A stretch of DNA of 56,925 nt, filler included, from Hydrolagus affinis (lineage: Eukaryota), in the NCBI GenBank assembly GCA_012026655.1. It is 4 parts of 4 records of this genome, joined end to end, with 100 filler letters (N's around TTAATTAATTAA, not from the genome) between each part and the next. Parts side by side here need not be neighbours in the genome. Positions count along the whole stretch, not along the records: positions 1 to 14,960 come from JAAILG010018517.1; positions 15,061 to 31,639 come from JAAILG010016639.1; 2 more parts are not named here. One strand, 5' to 3'. The notes beneath the pieces were generated by a model. The model was not told where the DNA came from. It saw nothing but the letters and a program-made list of their open reading frames with translations, and searched no databases. This document shows positions 13,201 through 25,279 of this stretch, piece after piece; within the stretch, counting starts at the first letter, position 1; every line of letters starts with the position of its first letter. The position numbers and the translations under genes are program-made.

Positions 13201-14727
13201 TTGCTTCCCTCACATACTCTATTGCTGCTTGGTCCGAATTGCACGAAGATTTACCAATAAGCTGATTATCACAAGGCTTTTGTTGATCAAAATTTAATCT
13301 CTATGTCACATGATGTATGTCATTGCCTTTCACTCAGAAACACCATGATCGAAATCAATGTTTGTAGCACTCGCCTTACAAGTGTGAGAGATGTGTTCTG
13401 CCTTCGTTTGCCCTTCCCTCTCTCTTCACTCTCAACCCCTTTCTCCCTGATCTTGCCCTCCATCCACATTTCCCTCCCTCTCTCTGTTACACTCCTTTGT
13501 CCCACCTCTTCCAACCTGACCTTTCCCCAGCCCAGTTTTCATTCCCTCTCCTTCCTTTCCCTCTTTACCCACTTTCCCCCCTGGCTCAATTACCGCGAAT
13601 GTTTGTGGGACACTGCAGTGCCCAATTTGTTGCCACTTTTCGCCCACAAGTATGCAGTCGACTTTCCTACTCTATTTCCCCCTAACCCCCTACCCCGAGA
13701 CCTCATCTTGCCATATTTCCGCCCCTTTTCCCTCAGTCCGAATTCTATTACTGTTGATGGGCCAATGCTGTGCGCAATTTGCTTGATGTGTTCCGCCCAC
13801 AAAAATACAGTCAAATTTCCTACCCTTATTCATCCTGCTCCGAGTCCTCTCCCCCTACTCTTGTCCTTACCTTACTGTACAGCGCCTTGAGATGTCTTCT
13901 TGACGTGAAAGGGCCTGTAGAATCCAAGTTTTGATTGATTCATTGATTGATTGAATCCAGGTAGGTGAGGGCGAAACCTTGGGCAAGTTTCTTTACTCCA
14001 GACGGCTAATAGTAATCCCACCAAAGATAATGCAATAATAAAATTATACATTTCAATGCTCCACTGTTTCTGTGGTACGCTGTTGTGCGCAAATGGCTGC
14101 CACGTCTCGCTCACAAGTATACAGTCAATTCACTTAACAGTACATTGTGTGAGGCACTTTTTGTGCTTTCGACAAGATGTGTAAAGCGCTATGTCAAACT
14201 CATGGAATACACTTATTATTACCACAATGTGTCAATCAAACAAATTAATTACACAACCTTGTGTCTCGCTTGTGGTATGATTATTTTAACCACTGATCTA
14301 TAGGAATTCACAACTTAGTAAATCAATCAGTTATAACATACATTTATGCAGCTCCTTTCACGTCGCGAGGACGTCCCAAGGGTATGTACAGTTGGGGAGA
14401 GACATGAGCACGGGGGGAGCGTTTGGGGCAGGATGAAGGAGAGTAACAAAATTATACTTCAAATATAAAGCAAAATAGCAGCATTGCATCACAACAACAA
14501 GAAGACATTTCCATTGTTGTTTCTACGTCACAAGGCATTGGAGCGTCATCTGACTAGTTAGGTTTCACAAATCCGGTGGTGTGGTTTGAAACTGTAGTCA
14601 TCTGACACAGAGGCGTATCCATCAGTGCTGTGGTGCACACTGCTCCTCACTCTGCTTTGAGTCACAATTCAGGCCACAATCCTTCATCTCAAAAAGCTCC
14701 CATCGAATGACTTGCTCGCTTGGAAAC

Positions 14728-14960
14728 ATGGAGAGTAAACATATAGATTTCCTCATTTTAATGTTATTGGTCCTTTTATGTAAGTAATTTACTCTCGTTC
14801 TGAAAACTGTACGGACATGTATCTCTGGTGTATGCGTTGAAGTGAATAACTTGTTCTTTCTGTCTACAACGACAGCAAATGCAGATAATATTGAACCATC
14901 ACAGAGGGAAGTGTCTGTCACTGAAGGCCAAACTCTGACCCAGAGATGGACCTACTCTGC
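14728..14960 (+). pseudogene. V segment V6, partial (cut by assembly gap), Cys23 replaced by Trp
   Basis: Leader MESKHIDFLILMLLVLL 14728-14779/GTAAGT; exon from ~14876 NADNIEPSQREVSVTEGQTLTQRWTYS then Ns. Confidence 0.7.
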
Positions 14961-15060
14961 NNNNNNNNNNNNNNNNNNNNNNNNNNNNNNNNNNNNNNNN
15001 NNNNTTAATTAATTAANNNNNNNNNNNNNNNNNNNNNNNNNNNNNNNNNNNNNNNNNNNN
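14961..15060. other. Scaffold gap with artificial TTAATTAATTAA linker
   Basis: 100 nt, Ns around TTAATTAATTAA; identical pattern at 31640-31739 and 42898-42997. Confidence 0.97.
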
Positions 15061-15411
15061 ATTGAATTGAAACGCTTCACACTCACCTTCAAATGCCTCC
15101 ACGACATTGTCTCATCCTACCTCTGTGATGCCTTCACACGTATTATTGAGTCACTACAAATCAGGTCCGCATTTCACTGCCAGGCCACTCAACAAACTGA
15201 ATTGGCTCGAAGGACGCACACTCACACTTCCGCCAGCCCTCCCCCAGCATCAGGAACATCTGAAACACATTAGTATCACTGCCATACTGATATCCACGTC
15301 ACATGGTTAGGAAGTGAGGTCATTGCGATCAAGGTTCACCCGTCTGAATGCTGAATGGCTCAGACCAACACAAATATCTTACCAACAAGCAGCCTAGCTG
15401 TGGAATGTGTG

Positions 15412-16330
15412 ATGGGGGGATTCAGTGCATGTGTGGCTATCGCTACCATTTTAACAGGTAATCCTTGGTTAGAATGGTAAACATTTCAATCGATTTTCAA
15501 AACAAATTTTGTTTAATCGGTTTTTATTTTTCTTCTTTATATGAGCCGTATTATTATTTTTTTCCGGCACGGTTTTGATAGAATTATGTTTCCCTACAAA
15601 AGAGATTGCTAATCCAGTAGCAACTAGATTGTTAGTTACTGTGAGGTGATAACCAGATGTGTGTGCAATAAGTAAACTTGCCTACGCTTTTGTGCTTTCA
15701 TGGATGTGAATTAAACGCATACTTATTTATTTGCGAGGCGAATGCTCTAAACATGCCTAATAACAATCCATCCAAACCAAAATCCAACGTAAAAAATCGG
15801 TCATTACAATCCACGACTGTTTGTGGTGATTCTGCTGTGCGCAATTATCTAATGCGTTTCGCCGATAAATATACATTCAATCCACTTTACAGAATATTTT
15901 ATGAAGCACTTTGGGACTCAGTCGACAAGTTGTGATACGCGCTCTATCAAATGCAAACAGAATTATTATTATTCTATTATTATAAAGAACGTACTACAGG
16001 TGGGCATTGTCTTTTGCTACAGGCCTGACCAATGGAAATACTGTTACACAGAATGTGGCTTCAGTGACTGAGAACGAGTGAGGAAGTGTGACCATGGGAT
16101 GTCATTACGATACATACTCGAGGAACTACTACGTGCACTGGTATCGAAAACAACAAGACAAAATTGTCCAGTATATACTTTACAAGAGTTCTGGTGGCAT
16201 AACAGATCACGCGCATTTTGCAGAAAGTCGATTCTCTGTTGAGCTCAACACCCCGATCAAACACACCCGTTTAACAGTCTCCAGGTTGGAGCTGCCTGAC
16301 AGCGCTGTGTATTACTGTGCACTCGAAACG
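15412..16330 (+). pseudogene. V segment V7, pseudogene by one nonsense codon (leader 15412-15457, V exon 16023-16330)
   Basis: Leader MGGFSACVAIATILT; TGA at 16079-16081 where paralog V11 has GGA; Cys23, Trp41 and DSAVYYC intact. Confidence 0.9.
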
Positions 16331-16369
16331 CACAGTGAGGGCAACCAGTCGGAGCCTCGTACACAAACT
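16331..16369 (+). other. 23-RSS of V7
   Basis: CACAGTG, 23 bp, ACACAAACT. Confidence 0.85.
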
Positions 16370-16564
16370 GACGGTGGTTAGTAGCGGTTTGGCATTCCTG
16401 ACTCTCTGGGCTGGCAGCGCGACTTTCATACAGGAATGTGATCAAAGCACAAGTGATTGTCACACAGACATGAACCCACCAACAGAGGTGAACCACTCCT
16501 ACATCTGGTTGGTAGTAAAACACGTCAAAGTGCTTCACATAATGTACCGTGAAGTAAAACTGCT

Positions 16565-16922
16565 GTCTCACTATCAGCCTGCACGTCCCCTCCGTTCAGC
16601 GGTCTCTGGCCTTCTCCAAGTCCCTCGCCCTACCAGCGGTGGCCGGGCTTGCAGCCTTTCTGCCTCCACACTCCGGAACTCCATCCCTCAATCCCTTCGC
16701 CTAGCTTTCCTCACTTTCCTCCTTCGAGGCCGATCACATGACCCTCCTGTTCGACCGTGCCTTCCGCTGCCCTCCTAACTCTCCTCTCTTTCCTACTGTC
16801 GCCTTACCCTCTCCCGACACTTCCACCCCTGCTAAGGTCCTGGCCTAACCGTTCAGCGCCTTGGCACTTCATCCCGACGTGAAAGACGCTATATCAATGT
16901 AATTTTCTTGTTGCTGTTGTTA
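16565..16922 (+). mobile_element. L2 3' fragment ending directly at the V8 splice acceptor
   Basis: YQPARPLRSAVSGLLQVPRP-like coding remnant, AAAGACGCTATATCAA stem and TTG-rich tail. Confidence 0.8.
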
Positions 16923-16931
16923 TAATTCTAG

Positions 16932-17241
16932 AACTCTGTGCTGGCGATTCTGTCAGTCAGGAAGCTGACAGAAAGAAGAAAGAAGGAGAAACTGACAAAC
17001 TTGTATGTACCTACACCACTGCTGCAAGATGTTACTTTCTCTTCTGCTACAGACTTTGGCCTGACAAACTCCCAGAATTTATAATATGGGGAGATTATGG
17101 GGGTAAAAATTCAGCCAAACGAATAGGATATGGAATCCGATTTTCTGCTCAAATACAGAAATCTACTTTTTCCACCAGTTTGTCCATTTCTGAGCTGCTG
17201 GTACCTGGCAGCGCATTGTATTTTTGTGCCTTTAGTCTCTC
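16932..17241 (+). pseudogene. V segment V8: open V exon with no detectable leader, Trp41 replaced by Cys
   Basis: TTCTAG acceptor; stop-free ELCAGDSVSQ...LVCTYTTAARCYFLFCYR...GSALYFCAFSLS; family of V9/V10. Confidence 0.8.
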
Positions 17242-17280
17242 CACTGTGGTTGACTATACTGCAGGACTCGTACAAAAACT
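17242..17280 (+). other. 23-RSS of V8
   Basis: CACTGTG, 23 bp, ACAAAAACT. Confidence 0.85.
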
Positions 17281-18496
17281 GTCTTTATTTTATACATAGG
17301 GACGATCCGTCTGTTTGAAAAGTATGCGGAATCTTCGTCAGCCTTGTGGCCCTGCGGGGAGCAGACACTTCAGCAGCCAGACTCAGAGGAAACCACATTC
17401 CCCTCCCATCAGCTTGTCAGCTAAACTCTCACATGATTATACGTTACAATCTTTAGAGATTTACTGTCACTGAGGCTGCATCTAACACAGCCACGTGTTA
17501 CCATGCGATCACACAAGCCATGTTACAATCAGACTGCTGTCAGCCTGCCACATTTTACATGATCTTGCTAATAGCAGACAAATGATTTAATCTCAGCACA
17601 GATGCCTGGAATGACAGTTGACCTATTTGACAAACTGTTGACTCTGCCGCTGATTCTCAGAGGAAACTCGTGACTGATTTCCAACCAGAAGCAGAAGAAG
17701 TGGTAGAGTGGTTCATGTCGAGAAAGAGTGGAATTAATAACAATAATTATTATTTTATTTGACACAGAACCTTATCGCGGCTTCGAGACCCCTCAATGTA
17801 CTACACTCAATGGACTATAAAGAGAATTCGCTGTGAACTTGACTGAAAAATACACTCACTTGCACTTCGCCTGATATCACATATAGTGCACAAAGACGCA
17901 ACACTTTCTTAATACTGTTGCATATTTGGCAGCAGATCAGCGTTTGTGCCGTACAGAGAACTACATACTTTGCCTCAGTGGTTAGTGATTGCCTTGCAAG
18001 TGAGAGCACCTTGGTTCAGTCGTGGTAGAGCAAAACATTCTTTCGTTGACACATATGCCTCTGTTCTAAAGCCAAGCAACTCACTTGGTAGTCGCGTGGC
18101 AGTTTACTGGGACAGTACACGCTTCAAAACTAATAGTGCCTATTCAAAATTATTACTACACAAACGTTGAATGGTTCACTCAAACCAATGGAACTCTGTT
18201 GTGCCGAAGTCAACTCATTGTTAATACATTCTTCTGAAAGCGATTCCAGGCCACTTGAAATAAAACTTGAGATATTGAACGATTTGAAATGCGGGATTAT
18301 TATTGTTATTAAATACAACGTTGTTACTCTCATGTAAATAACCTCAAAGATCGTGCTTCCCGGTAGTCCCGTAATAAGCACATGTGTTTAAATAAGACGA
18401 AATTTTTTTTTTTTCTAAAAAAACAAAAATTTGATTTATCAACAGGAATGGTGAATTTGAACAGAAATGACAGCAATTATAGAATTGTTGTAGCTA

Positions 18497-18620
18497 TAGT
18501 CCACCAGCAGATGGCGCAGCAACGATACGCTCACAACAACTGACTTAATTTGCCAACGTTGCTTTCTGTAACTGACTTCTTTGGCAGCTTTAAAAGCCGC
18601 TTCCTGTTACAAGTAACAAC
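18497..18620 (+). promoter_or_regulatory. Conserved non-coding element with CTCF consensus motif (copy 3)
   Basis: CCAGCAGATGGCGC at 18504-18517 matches CCASYAGRKGGCRS exactly. Confidence 0.6.
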
Positions 18621-18624
18621 AACA

Positions 18625-19010
18625 GTAACTTCTATTTCCAAAGTGCCCTCCACGTTGGGGGCGCTATCAAAAGCGCCCTCAGAGCGCCTTGGAATAACGG
18701 ATCCCGGGCCCGAGCCAAGGCAGGGGGAGAAATTTGATCGAATGCGCGGTCGAAAAGAATGGTCTTCAGCTGGGACCTGAAACTGGGAAGAGAGTGGGGC
18801 GAATCATTGCTATTTCCACAGCTTCGGGACGTATTGACTGAATGCTCGGCCGACGATGGTGCAGCGGAGAAGTCGAGGGACAAGGAGGAGACCAGAAAAG
18901 GAGGATTGAAGGCAACTGGAGGAGAGAGAAGTTCGTGCTGGGAAACAATCAGAAACTGCAACACAAAGGAACTGTGTCCATTTGGTTTCTAATAATGTAT
19001 TTGCAGATTG
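18625..19010 (-). mobile_element. L2 3' fragment
   Basis: Minus ORF LPSFRSQLKTILFDRAF typical of L2. Confidence 0.7.
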
Positions 19011-19479
19011 CAGCAGCGCCTGCCTATTGGAAAGGAGACAACGACAGAAAGTGTGAATTACATTGACGTATGATCCAACAGTCAAACAAAAACCACGATG
19101 ATCCCATGGGGGCAGCGAAACTCAACCACTCACGCAACAGTAGCGGGGAAAAAAGGAATTGACTCGGAAATGATAGTCCTGGGTTCGATTTCCACGGGAT
19201 TGAAATACTAGGCAAGTTTCCATACTCTACGGAAATATGTTTACCTGTCGATTGGTGGAAAGGCATTTCCGCATGAAGTAATTCCTTCAAAAAACAATGA
19301 TAAGAAATTGGTCATTTGTTGGCCATCGGTCAATCCACTATCGTTCACCGGACACTGCTGTGCATAATTGGTCTTGTGATTCGCTCGCAAAATATTGAAT
19401 AAATATCAACAGATGTACATTCATAAAGCGCCTTTCACGTCGGGCGGACGTCACCGGGCCTGAGGAAGAGGAGAGCTGA

Positions 19480-19735
19480 GGAGAATTTTTTGTTCTATCA
19501 GCGGGTTGTTCGAATCTGGAATGCATTGCCTTAAAAGGTGGTGGAGGCAGGTTCCATAACAGCTTTTCAAAGGGAACTAGATCGTTAATTAGCAAGAGCA
19601 TGTCTGTTAGGTTATGGGGAGAAAGCTGGGCAGTCGGATTGAGTTGCTCTGTTCAAAGAGACGGCACAGAATAGATGGGTCGAATGGCCTCCTTTTGTGC
19701 CGTATAATTGTATGAATCCATGATTCTTGTGAATT
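19480..19735 (+). mobile_element. CR1 3'-end fragment
   Basis: Similar to 4700-4950 (GAGAATTTTTT..GTTCGAATCTGGAATGCATTGCC..GAATGGCCTCCTT..TGT). Confidence 0.8.
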
Positions 19736-19947
19736 CTATTTAACTGACTCTGTTGCACTTTGTGGTATATCGACGACGAAAAATGCGCTATCATAAATGG
19801 AAAGATTGTTATGGTGTTAATAAAATGACCAGCCTGCACACTAGGGCTTTGTTTGTATTGTTACCTGGATCAGAGTGGAAGGTTTCCCTCCTCCAGCGAT
19901 TGGCGCTGTAACAATCCAATTGATTGTTGTTTCTTGTAACGTTACTG

Positions 19948-19995
19948 TGACGTCAATCAGGTGACGTGAGAATATGGGCTCTGCCAGTGACGTCA
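19948..19995 (+). promoter_or_regulatory. V9 promoter: two palindromic CRE sites and an E-box
   Basis: TGACGTCA 19948-19955, CAGGTG 19958-19963, AGTGACGTCA 19986-19995, 62 bp upstream of the leader ATG. Confidence 0.7.
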
Positions 19996-20057
19996 AGCAT
20001 TGTGGGATATCAGCCAGCTGAGGCCGTAGACACAACCACAGATGCTGGAGACCAACA

Positions 20058-21359
20058 ATGGGGTTAATGACTGTCTGTCTAATGCTGGCAAACCTTATTT
20101 CAGGTGAGGTCGTGTTGGGTTGAGTTACTGTTGCTACTGATTGCCACCTGCACATTAACAGTTGCCGGAGGCCTTTAGCCAATTGATAACTGTCCTCGAC
20201 TCACACGCGAGAGAAACTGAGTTTAATTTCTGGGCAGGGGGTACCATTTAGCAAGTTTACCGGCGGTAAGTAGGAATACTCTTCCTTCATCATCCGGACT
20301 AAAACAGACATAAGAATACATTATCCACTCAAACCCTTTTCAGTGGATTTGTAGTTAAGTTTGCGGAGGACAGTCCAAACTGAAACAAAAAGTTTCGATA
20401 ATAATATAAGGAAAAATATACTAAAAGTAGCCGAGTGATTAGGGATCTTGAGTTACAAGAGTGAGACTTGTGTTCGAATCCAAGTCTGTCAAGGCGAAAC
20501 ATTAGGCAAGTGTCTCTACTCCATACGCCTATCAATAATCCATTCACCAAAAAATCACGCAAGAAATAAATTTGGTCATTTCAATCACGAATGTTTGCGG
20601 GGACACTGTTTGTGTGCAAACTCATGCCGCGTTTCGCCCAATAATTTACAGTCAATTCACTTTGCAGTATGTTCTGTGAAGCGCTTTGAGAGGTTCAGAG
20701 GACGTGTAAAGCGCTGCATGAAATTCAAGGATTATTGTTCTTATTTATATTGCTACTCAATCACGATTGTGTGTGAAACACTGATGGCCATGTTTGGTTG
20801 CGTTGTATCGCCCACAATAATACTTTGTAATTAGCTTGATAGCAGGTTCTGTGCAGCAAATTCGGACAAAAACAACAAATTAATCACGTTCTCTCTATAA
20901 TTCAATAACTAGTATCATTGTATTATTATCAAATGACTTATTCATAATACCGTTAAAGTCGAGATAATTTCCCAAGCTCAGATAAAAACTAATTGAGGGA
21001 AATAGTGGATAATGTATGGACCTACTCTTCTTTTTCTATTACAGAACTCTGGGCTGTCGACAATGTCAGTTACAAAGCTGCCGCGGTAGTTCAGAAAGAA
21101 GGAGAAACTGCAACTGTAGATTTTACGTATCCAAATACTGGATCCAATTACTATCTTTACTGGTACAGACATCACCCACACAGCCAGCCAGAGTTTATAG
21201 TTCGGAGATACTCTACTGGCAATGATAATCCAGTCAAAGGCACGGGGTTTGGCAATCGATTCTCTGCTGAGATACACAAATCCAATACATCCACCAGTTT
21301 AACCGTTTCCGAGCTGCAGGTGTCTGACAGCGCTGTGTACTACTGTGCTACACTCTCAC
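20058..21359 (+). CDS. V segment V9, open frame but Cys23 replaced by Phe (leader 20058-20103, V exon 21045-21359)
   Basis: Leader MGLMTVCLMLANLIS/GTGAG; TTACAG acceptor; TATVDFTY...YWYRHHP...DSAVYYCATLSP. Confidence 0.82.
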
Positions 21360-21397
21360 CACAGTGATAGACTGCACGGCAGCCTCGTACAGAAACT
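21360..21397 (+). other. RSS of V9 with 22-bp spacer
   Basis: CACAGTG 21360-21366, 22 bp, ACAGAAACT. Confidence 0.8.
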
Positions 21398-22540
21398 GCC
21401 TTGGCCTGTAACTGTCTGTTACAGTGTGTGCTATGCATTCGTTCGATGACCCTGTAGCTTAACACTGTAGGATGAAGCAAAAATAATAGTAATCAGCAGC
21501 AGAGTCCCGCACTCCAGACAAGGCAAGCCTTTGATCACTTGCTCAGGCGATAAACTGTGGATACAAGAAGCTCAGTGGGTTAGATCACTCGTCTCACAAA
21601 AGAGAGACAAGCGTTTGATTCCTGGGCTGGACATGGCAAAACCTTAGGCAACTTTTCTTACTACACACACCGATATATAACTATCAGTAAGTAGGATCAG
21701 GGTTGATGATCGACTGGTGCATCTCTTTACTCTGAGAAGGAATTCTTTCATAATAACGATTTCCCCACAATAAATGGTCACTGAATCGAAGATTAACTCT
21801 GGAATTCTCTTCCTCATTCCTTCCGCCTAAATGCTTCACAATGCTACGACTCTACTAGTAATAATCTTTGCATCGATATAGCTTTATTCACGTCGTTCAA
21901 GCGCCTGAAACTGCTTGATAAAGCATATGAAGTAAAGTGAATTGATGGTACATTTTGTGGGTGAAACGCAGCAGCCATTTGAACAAAGCAAATCTGGCAC
22001 AAACACTCGTGGATTGAAACGACCAATTAAATGTGGTTTTACTAGTATTAGGTGTGTGGAGTAAGGAAACTTTACCAACCTTAATACAAAACATTACTTG
22101 GAGTGAAATTAAAAACGCTCTATCCAATTCTGTATACGTAAACTAATCCGATGTTCATGACCATCATTTATTGTATTAGAATAATATGAGTAACGCGTGC
22201 ATTTGATTGTAAAGGCAAAATCGCGCTTTTCACGATTGATCGACATCTCAAAGCGCTTCACGGAATATATACTGTTAAGTGAATTGACTGTATAAATGTA
22301 AGGTTTGATTGTAAGGTTACCAGGAGCTGAGTGGGAGGATTCCCTGCTCCCCACCTCCCACCCGCCCACCACCCCACCCACCCCCGCCACAATAACACAG
22401 ACAGTAATGGTGTATTGCACAATGTAAAAGCAATTGAGATGTCAATGAGGTGAGCCGCGACTGTGGGATCTGCCAGTAACGCATATTGGTTCCCAGCAAA
22501 CTTACGTCACAGACACAACAGCGAAGGCTGAGGAGCAGCA

Positions 22541-23333
22541 ATGAGGCTGTGTGCTGACTGTCTAATGCTGGGAAACTTTACGGCAGGTGAGGTCGCGTTG
22601 TGTTAATTCAATGTCGCTGCTGATTATCAGCTCCATTTTAGCAACAATTGTTAGAAGGAGACCAGTAGCTGAGTGGACAGAGCAGTCAGTCCGCAACTGA
22701 AATCATCTAAAAGTTTCTAAAAGAATTAGAGGGGAGTTGAGGAACAGATTTTTCATTCATCCCGTTGTTGGGATCTGGAATGCATTCCTGAAACGGTGGG
22801 GGAGGCCGATGCAAAAATATATTTTAAAAGAGATGTAGACGCTTATTTGTGGAAGGCAGTACGCACAGTTATGGGGAGAGAGAGAGAGCTGGCGAGTGGG
22901 ATTGAATTGCTCTTTTGAAATAGCCGACACAGACTCGATGGGCCGAATGGTCTCCTTTTGTGCTATACGGTTCTATGGTTTTATGAATGTTTAGCTATGC
23001 ATTCCCTCGTTTATTACAGAACTCTGTGACGCCGATTCTGTCAGTCAGAATGCTGCCACTGTGGTTAAGAAAGAAGGAGATACTGTCGATATGCTTTGCA
23101 CATAAAACCACGACTGCTAGCAATTACTATCTCTACTGGTACAGACATTACCCTGACAAACACCCGGAGTTTGTGGTCTGGAAATATTCTGTGGTTGGCA
23201 ATCCAGTCAAAGGAACAGGACTTGGAAACCGCTTCTCTGCTCAAGTACAGACATCTAAATCTTCCACCAATTTATCTATCTCTGAGCTGCTGGTAACTGA
23301 CAACGCAGTGTATTAATGTGCCTTTATTCTCTC
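22541..23333 (+). pseudogene. V segment V10, pseudogene (leader 22541-22586, V exon 23020-23333)
   Basis: TAA plus frameshift just after Cys23 (~23103), second TAA at 23314-23316 in Y-*-C. Confidence 0.9.
22720..22985 (+). mobile_element. CR1 3'-end fragment in the V10 intron
   Basis: Same CR1 terminal sequence as 4700-4950. Confidence 0.75.
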
Positions 23334-23372
23334 CACTGTGTTTGAATACACTGCAGGGCTCGTACAAAAACT
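23334..23372 (+). other. 23-RSS of V10
   Basis: CACTGTG, 23 bp, ACAAAAACT. Confidence 0.85.
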
Positions 23373-23809
23373 ATCTTCATTTTATACATAGGGACGATCC
23401 GTCTGTTTGAAACGTGTGCGGAATCTTGGTCAGGCCTTGAGACCCTGCGGGGAGCAGACACGTCAGCAGCCAGACTCAGAGGAAACCACATTCCCCTCCC
23501 TTCACCTTGTCAGCTAAACTCTCACATCATTATGCATTATAATAAATGCAGACAGCAATTAGTGAACGAATTGTGCGCAACAGGTCCAGCCGCTATTTAT
23601 ATAATTCAGTTTGCAAATACCATGTTTCTTTCCATTTATTCGATCTTTGGACCAATAGTCAACAGTGTAACAAGCACGAATTGCAGTAGTATTTTGGAAG
23701 AATGCACAGACCCCTCCAAATCATCACCTCCAGTTCCTAAATTTTTTCAACCTTCTACCAAAATGAAACAGCCAACTATAACGCAGTAAAGGAGCAGTTT
23801 AACGAACAA

Positions 23810-24290
23810 CGGCAGCAACAAAATGGCATTTGTACAGCGCCGTTCACGTCAGGCGGACTTTCCCATTCGCTGGGCAGTTACTGCTTCACACCCGAGCTGA
23901 GGACGGATGGTTAGGAGCAATGTAATGGAAGGGCGAGACTAGGAGTTGCCAATGGTTCCATCGAAGAAGAGAGTCTTCAGTCGAGACCTGCAGGAGGCCA
24001 GAAAAGGGACGAATCGGAGGGACTGCGGTATGCAGTTCCAGAGTTGTGGGGCAGGGTGGCTAAAAGCTCGCCTGCCATTGGTTGGGCAGATGGGTCGGGG
24101 GATGTAGAGCAGTCCACAGCATGATAAGCGGTGGAGATGCGCAAGTTGATAAGGATATCGGAGGTCATGGATATAGGGTGAGGCGAGGTACTGAAAGGCT
24201 TTTAATGTGAGGAACTGTATCTTGATTTGATCCTCTGTATGATGAGGAGTCAATGAATTCGGGCGAGGATGGGGGAGATGGGGTCACAGA
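23810..24290 (-). mobile_element. L2 3' fragment
   Basis: Minus ORF QFLTLKAFQYLASPY...GRRAFSHPAPQLWN. Confidence 0.78.
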
Positions 24291-25279
24291 ACAGGGAACG
24301 ATAAAGTTATTTTTTTTTCAATGAAATTGCACATTGTTTGATAGTGAAAAGCTTCGAAATTTCGCCACTGATTTCAGGAAGATGCACTCGTCTTGCAATT
24401 AGTTTGCATTTGAAATGATTTGTGATTTTGGGATTTAGCCAGATCAGCACTCTGTATCCTTGGGCAAGTTTCCTTACTCCACACACAAGGTAATAATCCT
24501 ACAAGAAAAATAATCATTAATAACTCGCTTTTATTCACCACTGTTTGAGGGAACATGCTGTGCGATATTTACTGCCGGAATTCATCGGCAACTCTACAGC
24601 CAACTCCCTTGATAGTATAATCGGTGAAGCTCATTTAGACGTCCGGAAGATCTGAAGAGAATTGAGACGTATCAAAGAAGTTGCAATCCGCTATATCAAA
24701 CGGAGAAATAACTTTCTTTATTTTTACACAAACTGTGTTACCGACACAATAATCCTTGCATTTGATAGAGCGCTGTCCACGTCTTCTATGCGTTTCAAAT
24801 CGCTTCGCAGAATACACTATAAAGTGCACTACTGTGGCCTACTTTCCATAGTAAAGGGAGGTGCACAAGTCTAGCGTGTTGTGGTGGTTGGTTTCATTAA
24901 AAACAGTATATAGGAACTTGAACAGTATCATTTGGCTGTCAAGCTCCCGCATGTACACAGAGTAAAGTCACTTCAAAGCAAAAATATGTAAACTTATCTG
25001 GCGCCTTTGATATCAACAAAAAATACAAAGAATTGTGTTGATTTTTTGCCCAATAGGACGGACAGGAACTTTCTGTCTTCAATTTGATGAGGACGTCGCA
25101 AGGCACAATAAATTCCTTCTTTGAACCCGAGATTCGGGATGAGGGTGGAAGCTATGGGAAGTGTGGTAGCTATGGATGGAGGTGGGAGCTATGGGTATAC
25201 GAGATTTATTTTGGTTGGGTGGGGGGAAGTGAGATAGGGCATCGTAGGATGGCGGGGTGGGAGGGGAGTGCTGTGGTGT

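Noticed and set aside
13303-13890. Long low-complexity Pro/Leu/Ser-rich ORFs (also 30229-30622, 35581-35979)
   Set aside because: Derived from pyrimidine-rich L2 and SINE sequence
15005-15016. TTAATTAATTAA palindrome repeated three times
   Set aside because: Assembly linker inside N runs
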